Part shown: positions 62,082-64,000 of the stretch, piece after piece
How positions within the stretch are numbered: position 1 is the first letter of the stretch
Layout: the number at the start of each line of letters is the position of its first letter
NCBI RefSeq assembly: GCF_006345805.1
Contig: NC_043010.1
Coordinates: forward strand, 52,824,001-52,888,000
Source: Octopus sinensis
Lineage: Eukaryota
Length of the DNA stretch: 64,000 bases
Direction: 5' to 3'
The notes under the pieces: generated by a model
What the model saw: the letters and a program-made list of their open reading frames with translations, nothing else
Told to the model about the DNA's origin: nothing
Databases searched by the model: none
Made by a program: the position numbers and the translations under genes

Positions 62082-62655
62082 TAGATATACATATATATAC
62101 ACACACACACACTCACACACACATACACACACACATGCCTCCATAGGTGCAGTCATGGCTGCATGGTTTTCTTTCTTTAGTTCCATGTTCAAATCTCACT
62201 ACATGGCACCTTAAGGAAAAGTTTTCAATTATAGCACTGGGCAGACCAAAGCCTTGTGAATGAACTCGGTAGGTACAAACTGGAAGAAACCCATCTCATA
62301 TAATACGTGTGTGAGTGTGTATAGAATAACAGGTGTGAGAAGTACGATTCGAGCAATCACCTCATCAACACTTCATGTAGAAATCTGGATAGTGTAGTAT
62401 TCCAATGATTGAAAGAAAATCAGTTATACATCAATAAATGATAAAAAAAAAGGAACATGTCAAATCAAGATATCTGAGGAAGTGAACATATGTTCGCTAT
62501 ATTTCATAACTTTTTATGTGGTATAGAACAATGTTCATTTCCAAAAATGTTTGTAACATCAAATTGACTTTTCTTTTCCTCAATCAAATTAACATTGTAT
62601 AAATATATATGTGTATGTACATCATATATATGTATATATACGTCATTGTTTTGGG

Positions 62656-62895
62656 CAGGGCTGTGGAGTCAAAACAAAAAGTTTTGACTCCAACTCTGAC
62701 TCTGACTCCTCTGTGAAATTGAGTGATTGTGGTCTATTTTACCAACTCTGACTCTGATCCCAGCTACCCCTTAATTGTTTCTGACTCTGACTCCACAACT
62801 CCGACTCCATGACTCTACAATTCTGATTCCACAACTCTGACTCCACGACTCCGACTCCACGACTCCGACTCCATGACTCCAACTCCACAGTCCTG
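62656..62895 (+). mobile_element. hAT-like MITE with internal 14-bp GACTCC repeats
   Basis: TIRs CAGGGCTGTGGAGTC / AACTCCACAGTCCTG (13/15); flanks GTTTTGGG and GTTTTTGGG look like an 8-bp TSD with one extra T. Confidence 0.65.
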
Positions 62896-63099
62896 GTTTT
62901 TGGGGTCAATAAAATAAGTCCCAGTCAAGTACTGGGGTCAAGGTAGTCAACTAGCTCTGTTCCCCAAAATTACTGGCCCTTTTTCCAGTTAAGGAAGGAA
63001 TTATATTAGTGAATAGGGTAAGATTCGAGGGACAACTGGCAGCAATTTCTAGCATGTTACATGTTGCCTGTGGTGATATCACCATGACTTGAGGATGGT

Positions 63100-63640
63100 A
63101 AGCATAATGATGATGATGATGATAGCGATGACGATGAAGTTTAAATATGATGATGCTGATGATGGTGAGGAAGAAAAGGAGAAGAAGGAAGGTGTTAATA
63201 ACAATAACACTTCAATGCAAACCATGATGATGATGATGATGATGATGATGATGCTGATGATGACGACACTAATACTGATGCTGATCACATTGACAACGCT
63301 GCTGTTGCTAATGGTGATAGAAGTGATGAAGGTGGTGGTGATGGTGGTGGTGGTGGTGGTTGTGGTGGTGCGGGCGGTAGTGATGATAAGGACGACAATG
63401 ATGTCGATGACAATGATGATAATTATAATGATGATGACAATGACGATGATGATGATGTCAAACATGACAATGATGGTGATGATACTGATGATGTTGACGA
63501 TGATGATGATGATGATGAAGCTGCCGATGATGATGTCAATGATGATGATGATACCGATAATGATGATGATGATGATGATGCGAAAAATGTGGTTGACAAA
63601 GATGATGACGATGACGACGCCAATGATGATGGATATTAAA
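63100..63640. repeat. Degenerate (GAT)n/(GGT)n trinucleotide array
   Basis: Direct inspection; explains the poly-M and poly-I ORFs. Confidence 0.92.
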
Positions 63641-64000
63641 GATGTTAATGATGGAAAGACCTCAATGCCACTCCATTTTTCCCAATCCTCTCCAACACAT
63701 GCCGCAATCCCTGCCAACACCCCCACCCCACTCCACCCAACCCCCACACACTTGTGCTTTTCTGAAATTCGTGATTCCAGTTCCAGCAGGTAGTATCTAC
63801 AATAAGTAGATGCCGGGATTTTTGAGGTGTGACTCACTTCTAATTAGTACACGGCTGATGTTTACCTTGATTAATGTTCATATGAAGAGCAATGCTTGCT
63901 TTATTATTATTATTTTTTTTCTTTCTTATTTATTCTTCCCGTTGTCGTTGTTGTCGTCGTTGATGTTGCTGTTGTTGTTGTTGTTATTATTGTTGTTGTT

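Overview
AT-rich, repeat-dominated eukaryotic DNA. It is very probably an octopus genome; this is an inference from the recalled SINE/LINE families and the extreme di/trinucleotide microsatellite load. There is a 100-N scaffold gap at 47736-47835. I can support no host protein-coding gene: most ORFs in the track are microsatellite translations, and I see only isolated, unverified exon candidates. The window holds four tRNA-derived SINE families (labelled A-D here) in many copies, one 5'-truncated RTE-type LINE (55426-56896) plus at least five stand-alone copies of its 3' UTR, an internally deleted mariner, a DD36E Tc1 transposase remnant, two mariner-type MITEs, a hAT-like MITE, two non-autonomous Helitrons, several mini-satellites and tandem duplications. 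The most interesting signal is structural. There are two type I hammerhead ribozyme motifs on the minus strand (one with an intact core at ~55113-55209, one partly decayed at 54278-54341 inside a perfect 41-bp inverted repeat) and a third CpG-decayed one at 39687-39722. There is also a cluster of mutually unrelated ~175-185-bp foldback palindromes, a head-to-head tRNA-derived palindrome, and a telomeric (GGGTTA)3 patch inside a SINE. All analysis was by eye. SINE boundaries are approximate (about +/-20 bp) and family names need database confirmation.
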